From: Fidelibacterota bacterium
GTDB taxonomy: Bacteria; Fidelibacterota; Fidelibacteria; Fidelibacterales; DSDE01
Length of the DNA stretch: 64,000 nt
NCBI GenBank assembly: GCA_046735395.1
Contig: JBJKQR010000012.1
Location: 64,001 to 128,000 of the forward strand
Direction: 5' to 3'
Within the stretch, counting starts at the first letter, position 1. Each line of letters starts with the position of its first letter. A program made the translations under genes and the position numbers. Of the stretch, positions 28,743-37,925 are shown in pieces. The notes under the pieces are model-generated. The model did no database searches and was not told where the DNA came from. It worked only from the letters and a program-made list of their open reading frames with translations.

Positions 28743-30512
28743 ATGTACAGGGAAAATTTAAAGCTGATACGCGAGCTGATGGCACGTGAGAATATTGATT
28801 TTTGGTATGTCAGCGGTTCGGATCCACACCAGAGTGAATATGTGGCGGAACGGTGGCGAAGCCGGGCATGGCTGAGCGGATTTACAGGATCTGCAGGACG
28901 AATCATTATATCCCAGGATATGGCCGGGCTGTGGACGGACTCACGATATTATCTGCAGGCAACGGCTCAGCTGGCAAACAGCGGGTTCACTCTTTTCAAA
29001 GACGGGATGCCGGAGGTACCGAATCCGGAGCAATGGCTGAAAAACAATTTCAAGGCCGGGCAGTGTCTCGGTTTTGATGCCGCCACGGTTTCAAGGGAAA
29101 AATATACGGAACTCAAGCAGCTGCTGGCTGATCTGAATGCTTCATTTTATACATCAGATGACCTTGTTCAGAAAATATGGACTGATCGTCCGGAAATGCC
29201 GGCGACCCGGGTCTGGAATTTTCCGGTGGAATACTGTGGTGTTGCTCGGGAAGAAAAACTGAAGACGATGCGGGAACGGATGAATACGCTTGATGCCGAT
29301 GCCATATTGCTTGCGTCTCTGGATGATATTGCCTGGCTGCTAAACTACCGCGGCTCAGATGTGGATTTCAGCCCCGTCGCCCTTGCCTATTTCCTGCTGA
29401 AACTGAATACAGCGGATCTGTACATTGTTGAATCCAGGCTGGAGGCAGACCTCGCCAAACAGCTGAAACAGGCCGGCGTGAAAATTCATCCCTATGAGGA
29501 TGCCGCGAATCTTGACCGTGAACTGACCGTGAAGGAAAAAATACTGCTTGATCCGAAGCGAATTCCCGTAAAAATGATACAGGGACTGCCGACGGGCGTG
29601 AGAGTGAAAGAGATACGTGACATCAGCACGGATATGAAAGCCGTGAAGAATGAAACGGAACTGGCGGGCATGAAATCGTCTCATGTTCAGGACGGTGCAG
29701 CCATGGTGAAATGGTGGCTGTGGTTTGAATCGAATATAGGCCGCATTCCGATGGATGAAATCAATATTACGGATACGCTGGCCGAGTACAGAAGTCAGGG
29801 CGTGGGCTTTGAAGGGCTGAGCTTTTCACCCATTGCCGGGTTCGGTGCCAACGGAGCCATCGTTCATTATTCCGCGACCCCTTCATCCGCCGCCAGGATT
29901 ACTGAAAACGGAATTCTGCTGCTGGATTCGGGAGGCCACTATCTGACCGGTACGACAGATATTACCCGGACTTTTGCCGTCGGAAAACCCGGCTCCGATG
30001 AAAAGAAACATTATACTCTCGTTCTGAAAGGACATCTTGCGCTGGCTGCGGCCACATTTCCGAAGGGAACGACCGGGAGCCGCCTGGAACTGCTGGCGCG
30101 TCAGCCGCTGTGGAAGCAGGGCCTGAATTACGGACATGGTACAGGCCATGGAGTGGGACACTATCTGAATGTGCATGAAGGGCCGGCCGGCATTTCTCCC
30201 CTGAATCATCTGCCCCTCGAAAAGGGAATGGTCTTAAGCAATGAACCGGGATTGTATTTTGAGGGTGCCTATGGTATCCGCATTGAAAATATGGTGGCCG
30301 TGAAGGACAGCAGCGAATTTCCCGGTTTTCTTTCCTTTGAAAACCTGACCTGCTTTCCCTATGATCTGAATCTGATTGATGAATCACTTCTCAGCCCGGA
30401 AGAAAAGGAACAGATAAACCGGTACCATCGTTTCGTACGGAAAAGTCTGGATCCATGGTTGAATGAGGAAGAAAAAACCTTTCTGGCCGGAAAGACGAAT
30501 GAGCTGAACTGA
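28743..30512 (+). CDS. Xaa-Pro aminopeptidase (aminopeptidase P, M24B)
   Basis: Motifs DPHQSEY, LLDSGGHY..GTTDITRT, HGTGHGVG..LNVHEGP and NEPG..GIRIEN. Confidence 0.93.
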   Translation: MYRENLKLIRELMARENIDFWYVSGSDPHQSEYVAERWRSRAWLSGFTGSAGRIIISQDMAGLWTDSRYYLQATAQLANSGFTLFKDGMPEVPNPEQWLKNNFKAGQCLGFDAATVSREKYTELKQLLADLNASFYTSDDLVQKIWTDRPEMPATRVWNFPVEYCGVAREEKLKTMRERMNTLDADAILLASLDDIAWLLNYRGSDVDFSPVALAYFLLKLNTADLYIVESRLEADLAKQLKQAGVKIHPYEDAANLDRELTVKEKILLDPKRIPVKMIQGLPTGVRVKEIRDISTDMKAVKNETELAGMKSSHVQDGAAMVKWWLWFESNIGRIPMDEINITDTLAEYRSQGVGFEGLSFSPIAGFGANGAIVHYSATPSSAARITENGILLLDSGGHYLTGTTDITRTFAVGKPGSDEKKHYTLVLKGHLALAAATFPKGTTGSRLELLARQPLWKQGLNYGHGTGHGVGHYLNVHEGPAGISPLNHLPLEKGMVLSNEPGLYFEGAYGIRIENMVAVKDSSEFPGFLSFENLTCFPYDLNLIDESLLSPEEKEQINRYHRFVRKSLDPWLNEEEKTFLAGKTNELN

Positions 30513-30615
30513 GCAGATGAAGAAAATGCCCGAAGCATTTTTAACAGGGGTGAAGCGTGAGCGGAAACGCCTTCCGCAGCCGGGTGTCATGTCCCGTCGG
30601 ACCGAAAAATATGAA

Positions 30616-30644
30616 TTGAAGATCATAGCCAGGTTTGATATATT
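30616..30644 (+). promoter_or_regulatory. Sigma70-type promoter of tRNA-Arg
   Basis: TTGAAG-N17-TATATT, ending 46 nt before the tRNA. Confidence 0.55.
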
Positions 30645-30690
30645 TCATGCTGGTTTTCGGGGACGGCGAAAACCCTCTGCACCGATTTGC

Positions 30691-30764
30691 GCCCCTGTAG
30701 CTCAGGAGGATAGAGCACAGGTTTCCTAAACCTGGTGTCGCCCGTTCGAGTCGGGCCAGGGGTA
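30691..30764 (+). tRNA. tRNA-Arg (anticodon CCT), CCA end not encoded
   Basis: Cloverleaf with GCCCCTG/CAGGGGT acceptor stem, GCTC/GAGC D-arm, CAGGT-TTCCTAA-ACCTG anticodon arm and GCCCG-TTCGAGT-CGGGC T-arm. Confidence 0.96.
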
Positions 30765-30792
30765 CTGAGATAAAAAAGAAGGATGTTGACCT

Positions 30793-31470
30793 ATGTTGCA
30801 AGCCAGAAAAAAAATTGCCCGTAAGGAATTGAAGAAGGACCCGTTTTTCGAAAAAATCGATCAGAGTGTGAGACTGTACAATCAGAATAAACGTATGATT
30901 TATTCACTGGTTGTCGTACTCATTGTCATTGCCGCTGCATTCATGCTGTACAAATACTCCATGGATGCCAGGAACACCAAGGCCGCTGCCCAGTTCGGGA
31001 TTGCACAGCAGTATCTGGATCAGGGAGATTTCGACAGCGCGGAGAGCCGTCTCAATGAATTACTGATGTCAGGCGCCGGTAAACATTACAAGGGACTCGC
31101 CAGCTATTACCTGGCTTATACCGCGATGACGCGTCAGGATTATGATAAGGCAAAGCAGCTTTTTAATGATTATCTGAATAATTATCATAACAATGATCTC
31201 TTCAATCAGGCTGCCCTCTCAGGGCTTGGGGAAATCGAAGAGGGAAGCGGCAATTATGCAGGAGCCGCGGATTATTTCAGGCAGGCCGCTGAAATCAGTG
31301 AATCATTCCGTGAGGATTTTACATTGCTGAGTGAGGCTTTTTCGTGTTATATCAAGGCCGGGGACATGAAGGGCGCTGGTGACATTTACAAACTCATGAG
31401 TGCTGATAAATCCATTGCGAAAAATTATTCCAACGATCTGAAGACGCTGAAGAGCCTGCTGGATAATTAA
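30793..31470 (+). CDS. Membrane-anchored TPR protein (YfgM-like)
   Basis: Basic N-terminus (RKELKKDPF), a single TM helix, then TPR-like helical repeats. Confidence 0.75.
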   Translation: MLQARKKIARKELKKDPFFEKIDQSVRLYNQNKRMIYSLVVVLIVIAAAFMLYKYSMDARNTKAAAQFGIAQQYLDQGDFDSAESRLNELLMSGAGKHYKGLASYYLAYTAMTRQDYDKAKQLFNDYLNNYHNNDLFNQAALSGLGEIEEGSGNYAGAADYFRQAAEISESFREDFTLLSEAFSCYIKAGDMKGAGDIYKLMSADKSIAKNYSNDLKTLKSLLDN

Positions 31471-31518
31471 ATCGGACGGCCCTCGTCCCTATCTACAATA
31501 ATTGGAGCTTGTCCGGGC

Positions 31519-33084
31519 GTGATGAATCCTATAAATTCTCGCATGACAGAGCTGCCGGCGCTGCAATTAGATGAATCGGACCTTGTGTGGGAGACCCTCC
31601 GTGAGTTTATTCAACATCCGCGGAGAGTTGAACTGGACAAACCCATCTATGATCAGCTGGTCAGAACCCGATTGTACGTGGAGGCGGAAATCCGCAGGAA
31701 TATAGCTATTTATGGCGTAAATACCGGTTTCGGCCGTCTGGCTTCCATTCAGATTCCCGGTGACCAGCTGGAAGAGCTGCAGGAAAACCTGATTCTGTCC
31801 CATGCTGCCGGTGTAGGTAAACCTGTTCGGAAGGATATTGTCCGGCTCATGCTGCTCATCAAGATTCAGAGTCTGACGCGGGGATATTCCGGTATCCGTC
31901 CCGAGGTGGTGGACGGACTTCGATTTTTGCTCAATGAAGATCAGATACCTGTCGTTCCTGAACAGGGTTCTGTGGGAGCCAGCGGAGATCTGGCGCCGCT
32001 GTCACATATGACGCTTCCGCTGCTGGGCCAGGGTGAGATCTGGTCGGGTGAAGGCAGCAGAAAGTCCTCTGAAATGCTGAGCGAGTACGGCCGGCAGCCG
32101 CTGAAGCTGCAGGCGAAGGAAGGATTGGCCATCATCAATGGCACCCAGTCCATGACGGCTCACGGTTTATATGCGCTGATGGTTGCCGAACGGCTTCTCT
32201 TCAGCAGTGAACTGATCGTGGCGGCTACGGTGGATGCCATGAAAGCGTCTATAAATCCATTTTTTGAAGGTGTGCATCGCGTCAAGAAATCGCCTTTTAA
32301 CCAGGCGGTTGCATCCCGCATCCGAACCTACCTCCGGGACAGCCGCATCCTTGAAAGTCATAAACATTGCGGGAAGGTACAGGATCCCTATTCCATCCGC
32401 TGTGTGCCTCAGGTTATCGGGGCCATCTGGGAGGCCTTTGCGCACGTGAAGGAGATTCTGGTCAGGGAAGCCAATGCCGTTTCCGATAATCCGCTCATCT
32501 TTCCCGAAGAAGGGAAAATTGTATCCGGGGGAAATTTTCATGGAGAATCCATCGCCCTCACCCTTGATTATTTATCCATGGCCATGGCCGAGCTGGGCAG
32601 TATCAGCGAACGCCGAACGGCCAATCTGGTTGATAAAAATATGAGTGATCTGCCGGCTTTTCTCGTCGAGAACGGCGGTATCAACAGCGGGTATATGATT
32701 GCTCATGTGACAGCTGCGGCGCTTGTCAGCGAAAATAAAGGGCTGGCTGTTCCGTCCAGTGTTGACAGTATTCCGACCTCTGCAAATCAGGAAGATCACG
32801 TCAGCATGGGACACCGGAGCGCCGTCAAACTGCTTGCTGTCTGTGAAAATGTTTCGGTTATCCTGGCCATTGAGCTGCTGGCTGCGCTGCAGGGAATTGA
32901 ATTCAGACACCCGGATCAAAGCAGCCAGACAGTTGAAAAGATTTACAGCCATGTCCGGAAATCAGTTCCCTACTGGGACAGGGACAGGCAGATGAACCAT
33001 GATATAGAGAAAGTGAAGCGGATGCTGATCAGCGGAGAATTTCTGCAGTACGCTCAGACTGAAGGAGAAGAGGGAATTGGCTAA
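31519..33084 (+). CDS. hutH: Histidine ammonia-lyase
   Basis: Motifs YGVNTGFG, LILSHAAG, GASGDLAPL (MIO-forming ASG), QDPYSIRC, SGGNFHG and QEDHVSMG. Confidence 0.95.
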   Translation: MMNPINSRMTELPALQLDESDLVWETLREFIQHPRRVELDKPIYDQLVRTRLYVEAEIRRNIAIYGVNTGFGRLASIQIPGDQLEELQENLILSHAAGVGKPVRKDIVRLMLLIKIQSLTRGYSGIRPEVVDGLRFLLNEDQIPVVPEQGSVGASGDLAPLSHMTLPLLGQGEIWSGEGSRKSSEMLSEYGRQPLKLQAKEGLAIINGTQSMTAHGLYALMVAERLLFSSELIVAATVDAMKASINPFFEGVHRVKKSPFNQAVASRIRTYLRDSRILESHKHCGKVQDPYSIRCVPQVIGAIWEAFAHVKEILVREANAVSDNPLIFPEEGKIVSGGNFHGESIALTLDYLSMAMAELGSISERRTANLVDKNMSDLPAFLVENGGINSGYMIAHVTAAALVSENKGLAVPSSVDSIPTSANQEDHVSMGHRSAVKLLAVCENVSVILAIELLAALQGIEFRHPDQSSQTVEKIYSHVRKSVPYWDRDRQMNHDIEKVKRMLISGEFLQYAQTEGEEGIG

Positions 33085-33748
33085 GAAACTGATCAGTGAG
33101 ACGACCGTACGACAGGCTCTGCGAAGGGGGGAAGCGCTGGTCATCGGACCCGGAGATATTGTTACACCTTCAGCGCGAGACCTGATACGCTCTTCTAATA
33201 TTCCTCTGCAAAGTGCTTCCGACTCTGTTGTTAAATCTGCACATCTTCCTCTTCAAACGCGGATCCACCGGAAGGAATCTGAGGTATTTGCGGGCCGTAA
33301 GACCATTGCAATCGGCTCGGATCACGGCGGCTTCCCCATGAAGGAATTGATCCGCGAATATGTTGTGAGCCTGGGTTTTGATGTGGTGGATTACGGGTGT
33401 GACAGCCCGGAACGCACCGATTACCCCATTTATGCAGCGGCTGTCGCGAAAGCTGTGGCAAAGGGAAGCGCCTTCCGGGGTATTATCGTGGACGGAGCCG
33501 GAATCGGTTCGGCCATTACCGCAAATAAATTCAAAGGAATTCGGGCCGCGATGGCCTATGATACGCTCACAGCAAATAATTGCCGGGAGCATAATGACGC
33601 CAATGTCCTGTCACTCGGCGGACTGCTGCTGGGCGTGACTACGGTAAAGGAAATCGTCAAAATATTTCTGACGACTGAATATGACCGGCGTCATCAGAAT
33701 CGTATTGATATGATTGAAAGTATTGAAGCTGACAATTTTAAATCATAA
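33077..33748 (+). CDS. rpiB: RpiB/LacAB-family sugar-phosphate isomerase with an N-terminal extension
   Basis: Motifs IGSDHGG, DYP, ANKFKGIRAA, EHNDANVL and RHQNRI. TTG start follows an AGAGGG Shine-Dalgarno. Confidence 0.85.
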   Translation: MAKKLISETTVRQALRRGEALVIGPGDIVTPSARDLIRSSNIPLQSASDSVVKSAHLPLQTRIHRKESEVFAGRKTIAIGSDHGGFPMKELIREYVVSLGFDVVDYGCDSPERTDYPIYAAAVAKAVAKGSAFRGIIVDGAGIGSAITANKFKGIRAAMAYDTLTANNCREHNDANVLSLGGLLLGVTTVKEIVKIFLTTEYDRRHQNRIDMIESIEADNFKS

Positions 33749-33762
33749 AAGTGACCGGAAAC

Positions 33763-33787
33763 AAAAAAAGGGCAGTAAAAACTGCCC
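33763..33787 (-). terminator. Rho-independent terminator of rpsT
   Basis: GGGCAGT/ACTGCCC stem followed by a T-run on the minus strand. Confidence 0.75.
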
Positions 33788-33811
33788 CGGAAAAATTTCA
33801 CACCGAAGGGT

Positions 33812-34069
33812 CTATGCCAGTCGGGTGTTTACAGCCTTGGCGAGTTTTGATTTCCGGTTCGCGCCGCTATTCTTATGAATGATACCTTTCTGAACAAGAC
33901 GGTCGATAACGGAAACAGCGCTCTGAAATGCACTGGTGATATCCTCACCGCCTTCTGCAGCGGAAACCTTCTTGATAGCAGTCTTCATAAGAGATTTATA
34001 ATGGCGGTTACGCAGATTCGCCTTCCGGGCTTGTCTGATTCTTTTTTTGGTCGAACTTTTATGTGCCAT
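33812..34069 (-). CDS. rpsT: 30S ribosomal protein S20
   Basis: Sequence MAHKSSTKKRIRQ...KGIIHKNSGANRKSKL. Confidence 0.96.
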   Translation of the reverse strand: MAHKSSTKKRIRQARKANLRNRHYKSLMKTAIKKVSAAEGGEDITSAFQSAVSVIDRLVQKGIIHKNSGANRKSKLAKAVNTRLA

Positions 34070-34143
34070 GTGTCTCCTCGTTTGTTGCTTTTTCCAAAGC
34101 CACGAAAAATATTACCAAATTTTATTAAAGTCAAGTTATAAGC

Positions 34144-34857
34144 ATGCTCTTTTTCCTTAAAATACTGCTGTTTTTGTTGTTGATACCTGTTTTTCTGATT
34201 TTTGCCATTCTACTTATTCCAACGAAGATCAATGTAGTTGGTGAACGAGGCGAGGACAGCATCGATGTCCTGGGCCGTCTATTCTGGGTGCCCTGGCTGC
34301 TGGAACTGCGGGGACGTTTCAGCGACGGAAACGTTACCCTCAGCCTCCTACTGCTGGGCCTGACTTTTCCCATCTCGTCCGGAGGCGGTGAGAAGCCGGA
34401 AAAAGCGGCCGTGACGCCTGGACAGAAGACCGGTGAGAAGCGGAAATCATCGGCGAAGGCGGAAAGTAAAAAATATGGTATTGCAGGGTGGAAAGCTTAT
34501 TATCATAGAAACCGGGAGGATCTCCATAAGGTTCTGAGACGCTTTTTCCGAATGGGCAAGGGTATTCTGCGCCATTCATTCGGCCTGAAGATTCAGGAGC
34601 TCCATATCCTCTACGGGGGAGAGGATCCCTATGCGGTTCATGAGCTTCAACGCCGATATCTGGCTGTACAACCCCTTATTCCAAGCGCAATATCAGAGAG
34701 GGCTTCACTCAGGTTCAGATATGATCAGAAGGGGATTCAGGGGAAAATTAATCTGTTTTTTTATATAAATCTATATAGTATATTATTTCGATTCATCGTG
34801 ATGCTGATGCAAGCAATCAGAATCAGGAGACTTGTAAAGGATTATGGCAATACGTGA
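34144..34857 (+). CDS. DUF2953/YtfI-like membrane-anchored protein
   Basis: Hydrophobic N-terminus ending ILLIP, Lys-rich linker and GGEDPY. Lies upstream of a ytfJ homolog. Confidence 0.6.
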   Translation: MLFFLKILLFLLLIPVFLIFAILLIPTKINVVGERGEDSIDVLGRLFWVPWLLELRGRFSDGNVTLSLLLLGLTFPISSGGGEKPEKAAVTPGQKTGEKRKSSAKAESKKYGIAGWKAYYHRNREDLHKVLRRFFRMGKGILRHSFGLKIQELHILYGGEDPYAVHELQRRYLAVQPLIPSAISERASLRFRYDQKGIQGKINLFFYINLYSILFRFIVMLMQAIRIRRLVKDYGNT

Positions 34858-35212
34858 TACATTGGACAGTTTGCTGGCGAAAGTCAAGGATATTGCCCGC
34901 ACAAGCACCGTATTCGGCGATCCCATCATCATTGGTGACATCCGCATCATTCCTGTTTCTAAAGTAAGCGTAGGCTTCGGCTCCGGAGCTATGCAGAACA
35001 GCCGGCCCCAGGACCGTACCCGGGACAGTGAGGGAATGACCGGCGGCTTTTCCATCGTACCGGTGGCTCTGCTGGTTGTGCAGGATAATGAAAGTAAATT
35101 GCTGTTACTTGATAAACAGGAACAGAATCTGTCAAAGATGATGGATCTGGTTCCTGATATTCTCGATCGATTTGTCCCTAAAAAAAACACTGAGAGAGGA
35201 GCTGATTCCTGA
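34844..35212 (+). CDS. GerW/YtfJ-family protein
   Basis: Motif TVFGDPI...IIPVSKVSVGFGSG...GGFSIVPVALLVV. Confidence 0.85.
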   Translation: MAIRDTLDSLLAKVKDIARTSTVFGDPIIIGDIRIIPVSKVSVGFGSGAMQNSRPQDRTRDSEGMTGGFSIVPVALLVVQDNESKLLLLDKQEQNLSKMMDLVPDILDRFVPKKNTERGADS

Positions 35213-35892
35213 TGGATATTGATTTTTTACGTCAAATACCGATTTTTGAGGAATTGTCGGATGATCAGCTGGATAATATTGTCAAACTGATTATCCATCG
35301 GAATTACCGTAAAAATAATCTGATTCTTCTGGAGGAGGATTTTGGGGATACCCTGTTTATCATCAAGGAGGGATCCGTTAAAATTACCCGAATCAATGAA
35401 GAAGGCAAGGAAGTGATTCTCAGCATTCTTCGGGATGGAGAATTTTTTGGTGAAATGTCGCTGTTCGATGGAGAAAGCCGGTCCGCAAATGTGATTGCCA
35501 TGGAAGATTCGGAAGTCATGATCATCAAACGCAGTGATTTCATGGAGATGCTGGAGCGCTATCCCAAAGTAGCCATTTACCTTCTTGAGGAACTGGCGAG
35601 ACGTATTCGGAACAGCGACCGTCATATCGAATCCCTCAGTCTGTCTGACGCGGAACATCGGGTCGGATCCGCAATTCTCCGGCTTGCCGAGGATCTGGGC
35701 GTTCACCGGGCCGGTATTGTCAGTGTGGATGACATGCCACTGCAGCAGGATATTGCAAATATGGCCGGAACGTCCAGGGAAACCGTTTCCCGGATGTTGA
35801 AAATGCTTGAACAGAAAAATCTGATTGAGCGGGATGGCCGAAGACTTAAAATCATCAATTATTCAGAATTCGTTCGAAGTTTTTCGAAATAA
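35212..35892 (+). CDS. crp: Crp/Fnr-family transcriptional regulator (cAMP-binding type)
   Basis: FGEMSL...RSA cNMP pocket and HTH QQDIANMAGTSRETVSR. No Fnr cysteine cluster. Confidence 0.85.
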   Translation: MDIDFLRQIPIFEELSDDQLDNIVKLIIHRNYRKNNLILLEEDFGDTLFIIKEGSVKITRINEEGKEVILSILRDGEFFGEMSLFDGESRSANVIAMEDSEVMIIKRSDFMEMLERYPKVAIYLLEELARRIRNSDRHIESLSLSDAEHRVGSAILRLAEDLGVHRAGIVSVDDMPLQQDIANMAGTSRETVSRMLKMLEQKNLIERDGRRLKIINYSEFVRSFSK

Positions 35893-35903
35893 TTTTCCTG
35901 TAT

Positions 35904-35941
35904 AAAACAAAACAGCTGCCTTCGAAAGCAGCTGTTTTTTT
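35904..35941. terminator. Bidirectional rho-independent terminator
   Basis: AAAACAGCTGC/GCAGCTGTTTT stem flanked by A and T tracts, between convergent genes. Confidence 0.85.
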
Positions 35942-35962
35942 ATTCTGTACAAAAAATAGTAT

Positions 35963-36619
35963 TCAGGCGAAAATATTCAGATGCTGGGATGTATCTCCGG
36001 TAACCTGATCCATCACCTGCTGCAGCGCTTTTTCAGATTGCTGATAATCCTGTGTCGCAGCGGATGTTTCATTTGCCGAGGCCTGTTCAGTCATTTTTGC
36101 CTTTTCTGCATCAGCTTCTTCCCGGCTCAGCTCAATCTGGCTCTCCTGTTTTGATTTTTCTGCTTCTGCAGCAACTTCCTTGTCCTTGCGGGACGGTTCC
36201 TTGGGTGCCAAGGCCGCTTTATAGATTATATCCTGTTTTTTAATATTCTCCTGGGGCTCGGGTTCCTTGGCTGTATCCAGCTGGGTTTTACCGCCGATGG
36301 CGTACTGCTTGTTGTCGGGCCCGGTCTGATAGGTATAGGTTACGGTCCCGGCGTATTTACCCGCAACTCGTTTATGCGCCATTTCATGATCCCGGACTTC
36401 CTGATCCCTTTTTCTCAGTTCCTCCAGATATTTCTGCTCAGACGCGCTCAGATCAAGCTCAGCATTCATCCTGTTCTTGTCATCTTTAGCAGAGATATCA
36501 TTAACCCGGGTGGGTTTTTTTACCGGACGGGACTCCGTCGTATCGACCTCACTGGCCGGGGCTCCCTGCTGATAGGCTGCCTTGTAAAAGCCATCCGTTA
36601 TGTTCATGCCTTCTATCAT
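35963..36619 (-). CDS. SprA-related / CJM1_0395-family putative metalloprotease
   Basis: Motifs RDQEVRDHEMAH (HExxH), YTYQTGPDNKQYAIGG and AALAPKEPSRKD. Confidence 0.8.
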   Translation of the reverse strand: MIEGMNITDGFYKAAYQQGAPASEVDTTESRPVKKPTRVNDISAKDDKNRMNAELDLSASEQKYLEELRKRDQEVRDHEMAHKRVAGKYAGTVTYTYQTGPDNKQYAIGGKTQLDTAKEPEPQENIKKQDIIYKAALAPKEPSRKDKEVAAEAEKSKQESQIELSREEADAEKAKMTEQASANETSAATQDYQQSEKALQQVMDQVTGDTSQHLNIFA

Positions 36620-36624
36620 GTTTC

Positions 36625-36653
36625 ATTATACGGAGAAAATGCTGTTTTGTCAA
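36625..36653 (-). promoter_or_regulatory. Perfect consensus sigma70 promoter
   Basis: TTGACA-N17-TATAAT on the minus strand, with 5 nt between the -10 box and the ATG at 36619. Confidence 0.8.
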
Positions 36654-36936
36654 ATATTATTTTCATTATAAGCTATTAATAATTATAATGTTAGTGATTA
36701 TTAATCATTGCGCGTAAATTTTCCGTAATATTCATTTTGCCGAAAATTAATTTGATAAATTTGATAAAAAAATTAAAGTTTCTCAAAACTCATCCGATAA
36801 TGTGGGGGAAGATGGTGAAATTCATAGCGATCTCTTCCTAAACATAAATGAAAAGTCAGCGGCTGTCAATGAATTTGTAATTATGCCATATGTTTTCCTG
36901 ATATGGCGGCCTGTTCCACAAATAGAGAAACAGTGT

Positions 36937-37893
36937 TCAAGAGCCGGTTGCTGTGAAGGTCAGCCTGCTAATGACCGGAAGATGATCGGAATATCCGCCC
37001 CGGAAGCGGAAACGCTCATAGAATCTGTCGATTCCCTGATCCTCTGGATCGCTACGCAGGAGGGCCGGATAGCGAAGGGGATGACTATGCACCTCGACTG
37101 AAGTTTCTGACTCCCGGGCAAAAATCAGCATATGATCGTAGCAGATCCAGCGATCCTGATAAAAATAGGTTGCAGGTCTGGAAATAGTACTATCAGTCAG
37201 CAGTGTGAGCTGATTCCGGAAGGGATAACTGCAAATCAATTTCAGCGAACTGTCTGATTTTTCATCATTGAAGTCACCGGTCAGAATCAGCAGATCCGCC
37301 TTCCCGGACCTGTTATCCATATACCTTACAATTTGTTTTGCCAGGCACACTCTCATCGTATCCCCGTCTTTGCCCCGATTATAGCGGGAGGGAGCATGAA
37401 CCACAAAACAGGAAATAATCTTCTCCGCATATTGAAAATCAGCATGGAGGATATCCCGCGTTGGAAAGGGCAGGGACTGAGCCGGGATATATTCCGCAGA
37501 CAGAAGGGTACAGCGGCTTTTCCGGTAAAGGAGTGCTACATCAATACCCCGCGGATCCGGGGAATCCTGATGAAGGATTTCCCAGTCCCGGCTGAAGAGG
37601 AACTTTTTACGCAAATCCTCGAGGACCCGGCGGTTCTCAATTTCAGCCAGGCCGATCAGGTCCGCATGAGCCATATTGAGAATATGAGCGATATTTTCAC
37701 ATTTCACAGTATAGGCTGCAGCTGTGTAACCCGGATAATTCATAGGTGTGTAGGCTTTATCATCAATGCTTCGGTCACGGCTCGGATGAAAAAAATTCTC
37801 CGTATTCCAGAACAGTATTTTCAATGGACGATTCTTATCACTGCATGATAAAGTCAGACACGTGATCATACAAAGGTAGAGCAAATGCTTCAT
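36937..37893 (-). CDS. Endonuclease/exonuclease/phosphatase-family lipoprotein
   Basis: Lipobox LTLSC. Motifs WNTENFF, EIEN, DPRGIDVALLY, GDFND and GGYSDHLPV. Confidence 0.88.
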   Translation of the reverse strand: MKHLLYLCMITCLTLSCSDKNRPLKILFWNTENFFHPSRDRSIDDKAYTPMNYPGYTAAAYTVKCENIAHILNMAHADLIGLAEIENRRVLEDLRKKFLFSRDWEILHQDSPDPRGIDVALLYRKSRCTLLSAEYIPAQSLPFPTRDILHADFQYAEKIISCFVVHAPSRYNRGKDGDTMRVCLAKQIVRYMDNRSGKADLLILTGDFNDEKSDSSLKLICSYPFRNQLTLLTDSTISRPATYFYQDRWICYDHMLIFARESETSVEVHSHPLRYPALLRSDPEDQGIDRFYERFRFRGGYSDHLPVISRLTFTATGS

Positions 37894-37925
37894 TCAGGAC
37901 CGGCTCCCAGGATTCAGTAAGACAT

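Noticed and set aside
30517..30801. Small ORFs overlapping 30517-30801
   Set aside because: They overlap the tRNA-Arg gene and its promoter.
36654..36930. Possible oriC or dif site in the AT-rich region
   Set aside because: I saw no TTATCCACA-type DnaA boxes and no convincing XerD arm (TTATGTTAAAT).
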